Shown here one piece after another: positions 26,478 to 38,911 of a DNA stretch of 64,000 nt. A model generated the notes under the pieces. That model saw only the letters and a list, made by a program, of their open reading frames with translations, ran no database searches and was not told where the DNA came from. The translations under genes were made by a program, and so were the position numbers. Numbering within the stretch: the first letter of the stretch is position 1; each line of letters begins with the position of its first letter. The stretch covers positions 1,488,001 to 1,552,000 of the forward strand of contig NW_027117348.1 of NCBI RefSeq assembly GCF_038025025.1, in the 5' to 3' direction. This DNA comes from Phyllosticta citribraziliensis. Its lineage: Eukaryota.

Positions 26478-27141
26478 GCCGGTGATGGCTTATCTGTGCA
26501 TCTCGTGGTCTTGCATGAGGTTGGGATGGCATTTGTGCTGTAGTCTTAGCCTAGAGTCGAGTTAGAATGCATTGGGTGACTCTATTGATTGCAAACCCGA
26601 GTTAAAGCGATGTCCGAGCGAGGGAAGACCAAACGAAAAAGTCTGCTCGCGAGAGTTGTTGAAGAATGTTGAAATTGGCTTGTCGTACCTACATAGCACA
26701 GGCTCCGTCGGCCACGCGAGTCGAGGGCTCAGCAAAGGAGCTCGCGGCACATGGAGCCCCAAGCTTCGACGGGCAAGGCGCCGGCAACCGATGACGCTGT
26801 TCCGAGCCCCGTCCACTCGAAAATCCTCATGCCCCGCGACTCCAACACATTACATTACCAATCACTCGTCCACGTCGACTGCTTTTTTGCGGCACGTTTG
26901 CTTCGCTCTACCGCCTGCGCCTTTGGATTTCTGCCGGACACAACGCTTGAGCTTAAGGGTGCCGCACGAGGCAGCTTTTCAATTGCATTGATACGAGCGC
27001 AGGCTTGATAGACGCACCACACGGCTCCGCGCCGAAGGTCACTTTTCTTTTTCGCTCCCGGACGCCAGACTGCGAGATCTCGCACCTCATCTTTCCCTCG
27101 CCCACCTTCTCCGCCCCCGACGCCAACACCAAACTGCGACC

Positions 27142-28461
27142 ATGTCGCCCGCGGCCGATCCTCCGCCCAGCTCCTCAATCCCCGCGTTGAATGCGCTCGC
27201 TACCCTGACGCCTCCTTCGTCTGCACGGACGTGGATGACGGCGCCGCACCCGACGCTGCCCATCGTTGCAACCGCGTCGTCCGACAAGACGGTCCGCGTC
27301 TACAGCTTGACGTCGTTTACGCTCCTGTCCAACATCGGCGGGGGCCACAAGCGCAGCGTGCGGACATGCGCCTGGAAGCCGCACATCACGGGCGAAAGCG
27401 TGCTGGCGACGGGGAGCTTTGACGCGAGCGCCGGAGTGTGGCGGAAGTGGGAGCGACAGAGCCAGGGCAGCTTCGCCGACGACGCAGACGGCGACGAAGA
27501 CGGCGAGGAGGACGACGAGTGGCGCTTCTCGGTCATCTTGGATGGCCACGAGAGCGAGATCAAGAGCGTGGCGTGGAGTGCCGGCGGGCAGTTTCTGGCA
27601 ACGTGCTCGCGCGACAAGAGCGTGTGGATATGGGAGGAGATGGAGGACGACAATTTCGAAACTATTGCCGTGCTGCAGGAGCACGATGGCGACGTCAAGT
27701 GCGTCGCGTGGCACCCGTCCGAAGACCTGCTCGCCAGCGCCAGCTACGACGACACCATCAGGCTATACCGCGAGGACCTCGACGACTGGACTGCCGTGGC
27801 CGTGTTGAGCGGGCACGATGCCACGGTATGGGGAGTGGACTGGGAAGTGGTGGAAGTCAGCCCCTTGGCCGTTGGCGCGGATGAGGAAGAAATCTCAACA
27901 GAGCTCAAGGAGAAGCGTGCAAAACTTCTCCAGGAACGCGTAACAGCAGGCCCGCGGTTAGTATCGTGCTCAGACGACTTGACAGTGAGGATCTGGCGAC
28001 GGGTGCCGCGAGACACGGGGGCCGCCCAGGGGAACAACGGCATGCCGAGCATCCTTCGCAACAACAGCATCGAGGAAGAATGGGTCGAGGAAGCACGCCT
28101 GCCACAGCGCCACCAGCGGGCCATCTATTCGGTAGCATGGAGCAAGAAGACGGGCCTGATAGCCAGCACCGGCAGCGACGGCAAAATCGTCGTATACAAA
28201 GAGCAGTGGCTAAGCCCCGAGCCCGAACCCGCATCCACGGACACAGCGTCCAGTGACGAGACCGGCGCACAACCGCCCAGCACGTCTCCCGCGCTGACGC
28301 AGTGGGTCGCCGTGGGCGAAGTCGAGGGCGCGCACGACGTGTTTGAAATCAACCACGTCATCTGGGCGACGCGGAGGGACAAAGGGCGCCGGTCCGAGGA
28401 CGAAGAGGTCCTGCTCAGCACGGGCGACGACGGCGAGGTCAAGGTCTGGACGCTGGGATGA
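27142..28461 (+). CDS. CIA1: WD40 cytosolic iron-sulfur protein assembly protein 1
   Basis: GGHKRSVR, LATGSFDA, LDGHESEIKSVAWS, LATCSRDKSVWIWE, LQEHDGDVKCVAWHP and AHDVFEINHV. Confidence 0.95.
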   Translation: MSPAADPPPSSSIPALNALATLTPPSSARTWMTAPHPTLPIVATASSDKTVRVYSLTSFTLLSNIGGGHKRSVRTCAWKPHITGESVLATGSFDASAGVWRKWERQSQGSFADDADGDEDGEEDDEWRFSVILDGHESEIKSVAWSAGGQFLATCSRDKSVWIWEEMEDDNFETIAVLQEHDGDVKCVAWHPSEDLLASASYDDTIRLYREDLDDWTAVAVLSGHDATVWGVDWEVVEVSPLAVGADEEEISTELKEKRAKLLQERVTAGPRLVSCSDDLTVRIWRRVPRDTGAAQGNNGMPSILRNNSIEEEWVEEARLPQRHQRAIYSVAWSKKTGLIASTGSDGKIVVYKEQWLSPEPEPASTDTASSDETGAQPPSTSPALTQWVAVGEVEGAHDVFEINHVIWATRRDKGRRSEDEEVLLSTGDDGEVKVWTLG

Positions 28462-30330
28462 GCGGCGGCATGCGGAAATGCATGAATGCGATGTGGGAAA
28501 AGACGACGAATCGCGAATTCCCATGGACGCCTTCTTTGAACAGCCCACGAGCGTGTCGTCATTTTATGGGACAGGGCGCCGCGATGAACCATCGACTGAT
28601 GTCATGTCCGTCTGGTCTTGTTGAGCGCAGAGAATGTGCGAGTAAGGAGGAGTCGCGGAGAAAGGGCAGACAGACACACCAGGAGCAAGACCAACAACCT
28701 GCGCGCAGAGTACGCACAACGGCACAGAACCCATCTAGCATAGAAACAACATACCCACCAATGAAGACGATTCCAGCGGCGTCGGCAATAAACCAGGCAG
28801 CACTCAGTCTATGATGACAGACGGACAACCATCTGCACCTGAAAAGCAACCAAAGCTAACCTAAACCTTTGGTCAAAATCGCACTATGACTGACTGAACT
28901 TTCTGGCTGAGCCACCCCGCAGCCGTCGCTAATGTCTAAGACCGCCCGCTCGCCGTCTCCGCAAACCTCTGAGACAAGACAACAAGACAAGACAAAACCC
29001 ATCCCGGGTGAGGGCGGTCCTCACATATCCGCGGCTCTCCCTCTCCTTCTCATTCCAGTCCACCTACCTACCTACCTGTCTGTCTGTCTCTGCCACCGTC
29101 TCTCCAATCGCCACGCCTGTCTCGCCACGCTGTTGATCCAAGCTGTTGATTCACGGAGCAAGCTCCGCTCCGCTCCACTACTATCCAGACAAGAACGTAC
29201 CTACGTACCAGCAGCGGCGCGCTGAAGCATTGTTGCCTTCAACAACGTCGATACAGGACCTAGGAGTACGTTGGCGGTTCATGCGCGCATCTACTTCTGG
29301 TTCCGCAGAGGGGCAGATGCAGCTGTGGGGATTGTTTAGTGCCTGGCCTTGCCTCGCCTCGCCTTGCCATGCCATGCCGTGGTATCCGAGATCGGCGAAT
29401 CCACCGTACGGCGTGACATGCACGCGCGCACCGTCTTGCCAGAGCGAGCAAGGCGGTTGGCCGGCTGGTTGGTTGGCTGTGTACCTTGATGGTTAAGAGG
29501 TGCCGTCGTCTACGTTTGAGTGTGCTTGGGGAGTGAGTTGGTGGAGAGCACTTGGATGAATATGGAGATGGGTACGCATGTAGGAAGAAGGTATCCCAGG
29601 TATCTGAAGTGACGAACATCCTTACCCAAGGTACATGAGAACTTGAACATACATAGCTATGACATCATCGCTCAGGGACCTCTGCTCGTCCTTCGATTGC
29701 CAACCAACTCACCGCACCCACCCACAGCAGCATTGTATCGACACACAGCACAGCATCCACGCGTCGTCTCGTCATTACCAAAAATCAACAATCTAAACAA
29801 TCCATTCTTCTCTCTATCCTCTGCAAAGCAATCATTCACTGCTAGCCACAGCAGCGCCTGACCTGCCCTCCACATTGAGGATCGTCAGCAGCAGAGCGAG
29901 CGACACCGGAGCCACTCGTTCTAGTACTAGAGTAGAGGCTTCTGGGTATGTACGTACCTACCCATCCCCACCCCACCACCCACTGCGCCCCAGTCGACTG
30001 GCACGGCACCGCAGATCGGCTGGGCCGGGGGAAGCATCCGATTGTGCGTACTCAGACTAGCATGTCTGTCTGGCTGGTGTGTGCGTATGCCTTGAGGGGT
30101 TGAAGAGTCCTGATAGCTAGAGAACCTGCTTGCTTGCTCGCCCGCGCTACTGTTGATCTGCCTCCCACTTACATGTTCACTTACCTGACTGCACCCAACT
30201 ACTCGTCGACTGGCGCGTAGAGGAATCTTGGCTCTGACTGCTACCCAGACACACCGCGTGACGTGAACCACGAGCAGCGTTGTTTCTCCTGAAGACGACG
30301 AAAAAGAAAGGGAGGGAAAGAATCGCGAAG

Positions 30331-31778
30331 ATGGACACCAAGGGACCAAACAAGGACGTCCGGAGCACGCCGCAATGGGCGCTGTACCAGCGCGAGAACT
30401 TCTGGGCCAGCAACGAAGGCAAGGCGCCGCTGTTCGACACGGGTGCGTCTCCCCTCCTCTTGGCCCCCTAGCTCGACACCCCCTGACCACCGACTGCCAA
30501 CACGCAGACCCCGCCAACCTCGAGGAGCTGGCGCGGCAGAAGCTGACGCAAAACGGGTGGAACTACGTCGCGTCGAACGCGGGCCTCTCGCACACGCACA
30601 CGGCCAACCGGCAGGCCTTCTACCGGCGCCGCATCGTGCCGCGGATGCTGGTCGACACGAACGCGCGCGACACGGCGACGACGATTTTCGGGCACCACGT
30701 CGCGGCGCCCGTCGGCTTCGCGCCCATCGGCATTAACAAGATCTACCACCCGCTCGGCGAGCTGCCCGTGGCCAAGGTGGCCGGCGAGCTGCGGCTGCCG
30801 TACTGTCTGAGCACGGCGGGCAGCCAGCCCATCGAGGACGTGGGACGGGCCAACGGCGCGGGCGGCGTGCGCTTCTTCCAGCTGTACATGGGCCACGACG
30901 ACGAGCTGACGGCGTCGCTGTTGCGGCGCGCGGTCGATGCCGGCTTCGAGGCTTGTGTCCTCACCCTCGACACCTGGCAGCTGGCGTGGCGCCACCACGA
31001 CGTCGCGACCAGCAACTACGCCTTCTATCGCGGCGTCGGCGCTGATTTGGGTCTATCGGACCCCGTGTTCCAGCGGCGGTTGAGGGAGGCTGGCATTGAT
31101 CCGGTCGAGGAGCCTGAGAGGGCTGGCGCCAAGTGGATTGATGAGAATGTGTGGCATGGGCGGGCGCACACGTGGGAAAAGGTCAAGTGGGCGATGCAGC
31201 TATGGGAGGACATTTCGGGCGGCAAGCCCTTTTGCTTAAAGGGCATCCAGAGCGTGGGAGACGCCGAGAAGTCGGTCGAGCTGGGTGTCGATGGCATTGT
31301 GGTGAGCAACCACGCCGGAAGACAGGTGGACGGCGCCATTGCCAGCCTGGACGCGCTGGAGAAGATTGTCGACGGTAAGCGGGCGAGAGATTTGTCTTGT
31401 GCTTGCAATGGATGTGGCTGATTTGTGTTGTGCTGCTGCAGCGGTCGGCGACAGGACCTACATCATGTACGACAGCGGCGTCAGAGGAGCGGCCGACGTC
31501 TTCAAGGCGCTGGCGCTCGGGGCCAAGTTTGTCTTTGTCGGACGGCTGTGGGTGTGGGGTCTTTCGATCATGGGCGAGCACGGCGTGCGCCATGTCATGA
31601 AGAGCCTGCTGGCCGAGTTTGACATTTTGCTCAATGTCGGCGGGTTCCAGCATGTCGGGCAGATTGAGCGGGGGGCACTGGGTGAGTACATTCTTTGCAG
31701 GGTACGTCGTGGTGCTGACAGTTTGTAGAAACGCACCCCGCGGGCTACGATTTGCCGGCGACCAAGTCCAAGTTGTGA
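30331..31778 (+). CDS. FMN-dependent alpha-hydroxy acid dehydrogenase/oxidase (lactate 2-monooxygenase-like) with C-terminal PTS1 (SKL), 4 exons
   Basis: IVPRMLVD, FAPIG, LTLDT, LKGIQS, IVVSNHAGRQVDG and DSGVR.AADVFKALALGA. The last exon (31729-31778) encodes ETHPAGYDLPATKSKL*. Confidence 0.92.
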
Positions 31779-32613
31779 GGAGTTGATGGAGAAGAACTGA
31801 AGATGGAATTGGAGAGGGACTGCGATAGATAGAAGAAAGTCAATGCAAGAAACTGAGCCGGGAATATGCGCCTGGCTGATTGCGTAGCATTTGCACCACC
31901 CGTGGTTGGAGGTGGAGAGAAAGGCAGTGGAGCACGCGAGTAAGACGAAGAGCCTCGGCCGCCAGCAGAAAGGCGCGCGCGTGTCCGGCGAGGGTGCAAT
32001 GGAATTGGACGGGCGTGTGATCAGGTGCAGGGCAGGGCGAGCAGGCAAAAGACGGCGGTGGAGTGTGCAGCGTCGATGGCATGGGTGGTGGTGGTGGTGG
32101 TGCGGTGTTTGTTGTCGTCAAAGAGACTGGACTGACTGGGGGGGCGGGATACCCTGAGTGCCCACTGCCCTACCCTAGTGCCTACATCCGGCCGGGACTC
32201 GACGACAGCCAGTGCAGTCAGTCGGTGGTCTTCGTCATCCGAGCCCAGAGCGTACTGTACCGTAACCTGCCCTGCCTGCTCTCCACGCGATCACCTCTGC
32301 CACAGCGCAGCTTGCACCACCCTTTTTCGCCGCCGCCCAACAACTCTCTCGCCTCCATCTCTTCTCTCTCTCTCCTCTTCCTCATCTCTCCACCCGGCCG
32401 ACGCTGCCCTCCGTCCGCCCTCGTCTCGTCCGCCTCGACTCTCTCTTGCCCACCCCACCGCTCTCCTTGTCCCTTCCGAACAGAACCCACCGCAGACCCC
32501 GCAGTGCCAGCACCGAGTTTTCTGAGAAGGCTGCATGCTACTCCCCACAACACCGTCCCCGTAAATCACCGCCGCCGTCCTAACCCTCCTACGCCGAGAC
32601 CCTTTCGTCCGCC

Positions 32614-34451
32614 ATGGGTCAAACACTGTCAGAGCCCGTCGTCGACAAGGTCCGTCCCACCCTCGCCCGACTCGCGCGCTTACTGCCTGCCTCGCTCCAC
32701 TGCCTCCCTCGTCTCATCGACGCCTCGCCGACCGCTCTCTTGCACTCCCCAGTGACGAATCATGCCACTTCTCTCGACGTCCCGCGCTAATCAGCCTGTC
32801 TCCGCTCCAGAAATCGGCCACGGGTCAGGATGACCGCGTCATCTTCGGCGTCTCCTCGATGCAAGGTTGGCGCATCAGTATGGAGGACGCGCACGCCTGC
32901 GTACTCGACCTGAAGCCCGAGAGCGAAGACGCCGATCAGGCTACCACCTCGTCCAACCTCCGACTGAGCTTCTTTGGCGTCTACGACGGTCACGGAGGCG
33001 ACAAGGTGGCCATCTACACCGGCGACAACCTCCACAAGATCATTGCGAAACAAGATGCGTTCAAAGAAGGAAACATTGAGCAGGCCCTCAAGGACGGCTT
33101 CCTGGCCACCGACCGGGCCATTCTCAGCGGTGAATATTGTGCCGCCTGTGGGCTGTGCCGTACTTAGGGCTGACCAAGCGACCACAGATCCAAAGTACGA
33201 GGACGAGGTATCTGGCTGCACCGCTTCCGTCGGCGTCATTTCCCAGGACAAGATATACGTGGTATGTGCGAGTCATTGTGCTCAATTGACGGCGCTGACC
33301 CGGGCAGGCGAACTCGGGCGACTCCAGGAGCGTCCTAGGCATCAAAGGCAGGGCCAAGCCGCTGTCGTTTGACCACAAGCCGCAGAACGAAGGTAATGCG
33401 CCTCGGGAGACGCAATTGATCGAGGCTGACCCCTTCCAGGCGAAAAGGCCAGAATCACCGCTGCCGGTGGCTTTGTCGACTTTGGCCGCGTCAACGGAAA
33501 CCTCGCCCTGTCCCGCGCCATTGGCGATTTCGAATTCAAAAAGAGCGCAGACCTCCCGCCCGAGCAGCAGATTGTCACGGCCTTCCCCGACGTCTCCATC
33601 CACGAAATCACCGACGACGATGAATTCTTGGTCATTGCTTGCGACGGTAAGCTGGCGAACGTTGGCCTCGACTAGTCGCTAACTGCTGCAGGCATCTGGG
33701 ACTGCCAGTCATCGCAGGCCGTCATTGAGTTTGTCAGGCGTGGCATTGCGGCAAAGCAGGAGCTTTCGGACATTTGTGAAAACATGATGGACAACTGTCT
33801 GGCATCCAACAGCGACACTGGTGGCGTCGGATGTGACAACATGACCATTGTCATTGTCGGCTTGCTCAAGGGCAGGACCAAGGAGGAGTGGTACAACATG
33901 ATTGCTGACAGGGTCGCAAATGGCGATGGGCCGTGTGCGCCGCCAGAGTATGGCAAGTCTTGAGTCTCCGACGCATAGTCTCCCGCTTTTTACTATTCGA
34001 ATAATATCCTAACGAGCATGCCATCTTCACAGCCGAGTTCCGGGGTCCAGGCATTCATCACCGGTACGATGACAGCCCCGATGATGACCTGATTCACATA
34101 GGGCCAACTGGAAACGCGAGAATTGGCTATCACATGGGAGGGCGTGTCATTTACCTCGGAGACGGTACGGACATCTCGAGTGATTCTGCCGAGCACGAAA
34201 TGTTTGACCATGATGAAGAGGACAAAGACCTCGAGTCGCAAGTCAACAAGACTCAGCGCGAGGAGACGCCTGCGCCCACCGACGTCTCCGAAGCGGGCAC
34301 GCCCGCAAAGACGCCCGCGACCTCGAACACGACGCACGAATCGCCCGCGTCCGACAAGACGGACAAGTCAGAAGGCTCGACCGACGCAAAGGGCAAGCTG
34401 GCCCAAGCTGCCGACAACGTCACCGACGACTCGTCAAAGAAGAGCGAGTGA
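32614..34451 (+). CDS. PTC2: Protein phosphatase 2C (Ptc2/Ptc3 type), multi-exon
   Basis: [72 protein letters not shown] and GCDNMT. Confidence 0.93.
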
Positions 34452-35027
34452 TTCGGGATCAAGTCAACCTTTTGGTCATACGTCCTTTGATATCCAAGAG
34501 CTAGAAACGACGTTATGGAAAATTCAGTCGCCGGGGTGGTTTCTCCTGGGCGGAAGATGGGCACCTGTTGCGGAACGGTTACCCGGGGAAAGCTGGCAAA
34601 CAGGCTTTCTTTGTCTGTGAGATTTTGCATCACCTCTGCGGCTTCGATACCTCGCATTCGAGCACCTCAATTCTTTTTCTCCTCCTCCTCTGTTTTTCTT
34701 CTTGTGCTTGCGCGTGGATGCAAAAAATAACACAACACAACACACACACACACAACTTCCCCGGGGATTCCTAGCATGATTTGTGCTCGGGTGCAAACGA
34801 GGACATGGCGGTCCATGGTCGCGTCTTTTGCGATAGTTTGAATGACGAGCGATACAACACGCCAGTCCCTCGAGTCCCCCTGCTTTGTACGTGTAGAGGA
34901 TCGTGAGTAATGTATGATTGCGCTGCACAAGTGGTTTATGCATGGCGAGACGCGGCTCCACGCGATGTCGGCCCAGGCGCGCGCAAGGGGTGGCCTAGCA
35001 CGCACGTGAGGGGTTCGATGAAGCTCT

Positions 35028-35030
35028 GTG

Positions 35031-35066
<36 letters not shown>
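35028..35066. repeat. (TGGCTC)n hexanucleotide microsatellite
   Basis: About six tandem copies visible. Confidence 0.85.
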
Positions 35067-35068
<2 letters not shown>

Positions 35069-35449
35069 TGGGTGAGCTGGGGCTGACATGACCGCATCGC
35101 CCTTCCAAGTTCTGTGCGCAATCGGGTCCTGGTCGTCCCTCTACTGCATAATCCGGTTGCAATGTTCGCCCGCGGCCATTTATGAACATTCCGCTTCCAA
35201 CACTTCCACGCATCGAAAATTGACGACCTGAGCCGTGCCCGGGATCCGCGGTATGCATCTTTCCTCTTTGGTTGCGGGTTTTCTTGACAGCAGTTGCAAC
35301 GGAATGACGAACGGACCAGCATGGTTAGCTGACCGCCTATCGTCCGCAGTTCCTTGACGCCATTGCAGCGGCGGCAGAACCTTCTCTCCATCCGCTGTGC
35401 CTCAATTCACTTTCTCGCTCCGCCTTCCAGCTACTTGTCCGCCCACATC

Positions 35450-36979
35450 ATGCCTGCCAAGAGGAAGCGCACCAGTACCGCCGCTTCGCCGCCGGCCGTC
35501 GACGTACCGCAACCGTCGTCGCGGGATGCATCTGGCGAGGACACGGAGGATCCCGTTCTCCGAGAGCTCAAGCACCGCCAACAATCCGCCGACGTGGGCA
35601 CATCCAACCCATCGACGAAGCGCACCCGCTCGAGCAAGTCGGAAAATGGCGACGCCGACGACGCAGAAGACGGCAGGGTCGCCAAGTCTGCCCGCACCGA
35701 GGCCGACGAGACGAGACGCAGGGAGAAGAATGAGCGCGCCCTCGAACATGGCGAGAATGGCGAGAAGGGGACCATGAGGATGGAAGACCCGCCCAGAGCT
35801 GGTATCGTCGACCCCGTGGGCTACCACACCAACCCTCCGCCAGAGGGCCGGCCTGTGCGTGTCTACGCCGACGGTGTCTTTGACCTCTTCCACCTTGGGT
35901 ACGCTGCCTCTCCTGGCACCGAATTGCTCAGACTGACCAAATCTTAGGCACATGCGGCAGCTTCAGCAGGCCAAAATGGCTTTCCCCAACACCCACCTCA
36001 TCGTCGGCGTGACTGGCGACAAGGAGACGCACAGGAGAAAGGGTCTCACGGTCATGTCGGCTCGGGAGCGCGCTGAGAGCGTACGTCACTGCAAGTGGGT
36101 CGACGAGGTCATCGAAGACTGCCCATGGGTCATTACCGACTCGCCAGGGTTCCTCGAGAAACACGCAATCGACTATGTTGCGCACGACGACATTCCGTAC
36201 GGGGCTGACGAGGGCGATGATATCTACGCGCCCATCAAGAAACAAGGCAAATTCCTCGTCACACAGCGGACAGAGGGTCTCAGCACGACCGGAATCATTA
36301 CGAGGTTAGTCGGGAGCAAGTGGACACCAACGAACTGACGTGCTGACAAGCATGTGACAGGATTGTCCGCGACTACGAGCAGTACATTCAACGCCAACTT
36401 AAGCGGGGCAGCTCGCGCCAGGAACTCAACGTGTCGTGGCTCAAGAAGAATGAACTCGAAATCAAGCGCAGCGTGACGGAGCTCCGGGAAAGCATCAAGA
36501 ACAACTGGACCAGCACCGGTCAGGAATTGGGCAAGGAGCTGCGCCATTTTTGGCAGTCGAGCATTAGCAGGCCGGCCAGCCCGGCGCGTAGCCCCATCAG
36601 CACTCCGCTTCGAGAGACGGCTCCGGGGCTTATGAGGCACCTCAGCCAAATCGACTCTGGGCGCGGTGGTGGCAGCAGTGAGGCCCGTACTAACGAGTTT
36701 GCGGCGGGCTACAGTTTGGGCCTCATCAGCAGCGTAAGAGGATGGGTAAGTCGTCGTCCTTTCAAATCCAAATTATGGACGTTTTGTTGTGGGTGGCTAA
36801 TGACCACGTAGATGGCTCGCAACCGTCGCAACTTGCGCGAATCGCGCCCTGAGAGCGACAGCGAAATGGACAGCGGGGGCGAGAGAAGCCCCGTCGAAGG
36901 CCCGTCGGCAAAGGTGTCGCGCGACGACGACAAAGCTGCCGAAAGCAAGTTGCAAGAGACGGCGGCGCTGAGCCAATAA
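35450..36979 (+). CDS. PCT1: Choline-phosphate cytidylyltransferase, 4 exons
   Basis: [19 protein letters not shown] (HxGH), [33 protein letters not shown] and [11 protein letters not shown]. Confidence 0.95.
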
Positions 36980-37506
36980 TGGGGTGCTCACTTGCTTGCC
37001 TGCCGAGGTACGTGTCGTTGCAATGGTCGTGTTGTGGTGGTGCCTTTCTCTCATTCTCTCTCCCTCTTTCCTCTACCTTTCTCTGTCTTTGCGTCTCGCG
37101 TCGTCCTCTTCTCTCCCCAAACGTATCCGCTTGGACGCGGCGTTTTGTTGGTCAAAGATTGCCGCTGCTCCCGCTGCCGCTGTTGTCCTCCCTCTCTCTC
37201 TCCCTTTTCTTCCTCTCGTGAAGTACTTTACAAAGAATGAAAAGAACGAAATCATAGACTGACCTGCTGGCTGGTGGAGTCCTGTTGTCGAGCGCGCTTG
37301 TGATGCTGCCGCCCTCTCTCGGCCTTTGTGAAAGGAGTGTGGCCGGGAGACAAGGTGGCTTGTTACGCCATAACCCCTTCCTAATTCTTTAAGCCTTTGT
37401 ACTGTGCGTCGTCTTCTCTTCGCCTTGCTCTTCTCGCCAGTCGATAGGGCGACTCGGTGTCCGTGTTGAGAAGTATACACCGCAGAGTTAACGCGCGCCA
37501 CCACGA

Positions 37507-37562
37507 ATGCTCTCATGCTCTCATGCTCTCATGCTCTCATGCTCTCATGCTCTCATGCTCTC
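37507..37562. repeat. (ATGCTCTC)n 8-bp tandem repeat
   Basis: About seven tandem copies visible. Confidence 0.85.
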
Positions 37563-38547
37563 GCGCTCTCTTTTGCGCTCTGGTCTTGCGTCTCGTGAGC
37601 TACCCCGTAATCCCCTTTGTCTCCTTTCTCCTTGGTCTTTGTTCTTTGTTCTCTGTGCTCGCTTTCTTTTGTCTCCCCATCCTTCTCCACTACACGCAAA
37701 TCCCGCCGCAGGTGGACAAAGGGCAGAGCGCGGCTCCGCGCATGCTCGGCTTGCCTGTCCCGCCTCCTTGCACACGCGAACAGACGGACGGGTAGGTAGA
37801 CGAACGGGGCAAACGAGAGGGTCCTTTGTTCATGCGTGCTTGCTTGATCGGCATGCATGCACGATAAGGTAAGTGTCTACTCGGACAGGACAGCCAGACA
37901 ATCAAACACAAACGAGCGAGGGTACCTATCCTAGACCACCGACTGCGTTGTTCGGGTAGGATGGGCTGCAGAATCGCATTGTTCCCACTCCCATTTGTCT
38001 CTCTGCGCTTCCGCAGCGCAGCGCAGCGCAGCGCAGCGCATCTCCTTGGCTGGCGTCTTTATAATGACTGACAGAGGGAGTGCGGTGCTGGTGATTTGGA
38101 ATCCGCCCGAGGACCTGAGATGAGAAGAGAAGAGACGGTTTGCTCCCATCCATTCCGCTCCGAATGAATGCCTTGCGCAGGTGACGAGTATATAGGGATG
38201 GCCAGCAGGGTGGGGGGTGTTGGCTGGTCTCCTTGCTGCCACGCTTGCTTGCCTGTTATTCGCTGTCGTTGAAATTCTCTCGTTTTGGTTGTTGTTGTTG
38301 CTGCTGCTCTGGCGGGATCATCATCTTGCCATCGACAGTCGTCTGAGAGTTTTGCCGCGTCGCCCTCCGTTGGTCGTTGGAAGTGAGTCCACACATTCCC
38401 TACTTACCTCCCCTATCACCTCCTACTCCTCCCCCTTCACCTCCACCCCAACTAACATCCCCTCTCTTCCAGCCCTCCATCTCCCTCGTCACCTCCACAC
38501 CCACAAACACCCACGCCAACTCCACCTCCCCAGCACCAATCCAAAAC

Positions 38548-38772
38548 ATGTGCCACGCCACCTTCGCGCAGCCGCTCTCCTGCGCCTGTCCGCCGTACCC
38601 CTGTACCCCCTACCACGTGCTGTGCGCGCGGGCGCAGCGCGAGGGCCGCGCGTGCGCCGTCGGCACCCGGCGTGTTCTTTTTCGCTTTGTGGAGGGTGCG
38701 TGTGCGGGGTGTGCGGTGTTGGGGATGCGGAGGCGGGAGAGGGGAGGAGGGAGGTCGGGAGGTCGTGGTTGA
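38548..38772 (+). CDS. Putative small Cys/His-rich (possibly zinc-binding) protein, 74 aa
   Basis: CAAAAC-ATG context after a pyrimidine-rich leader. MCHATFAQPLSCAC...C...H..C...C...CAGC with GC-rich codons. Confidence 0.45.
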   Translation: MCHATFAQPLSCACPPYPCTPYHVLCARAQREGRACAVGTRRVLFRFVEGACAGCAVLGMRRRERGGGRSGGRG

Positions 38773-38911
38773 GGTGAGGCTTGGAGGTTGAGGTCTTGGA
38801 GGTTGAAGGACTGGGGAGGGAAAGGAGGGGGTTTCTCGATGCTTCTGATCATGCAATACTGTGTGTGCAATGATTTGGAACTTGTATTTCTACATTGGAG
38901 GCATGTGGCCC

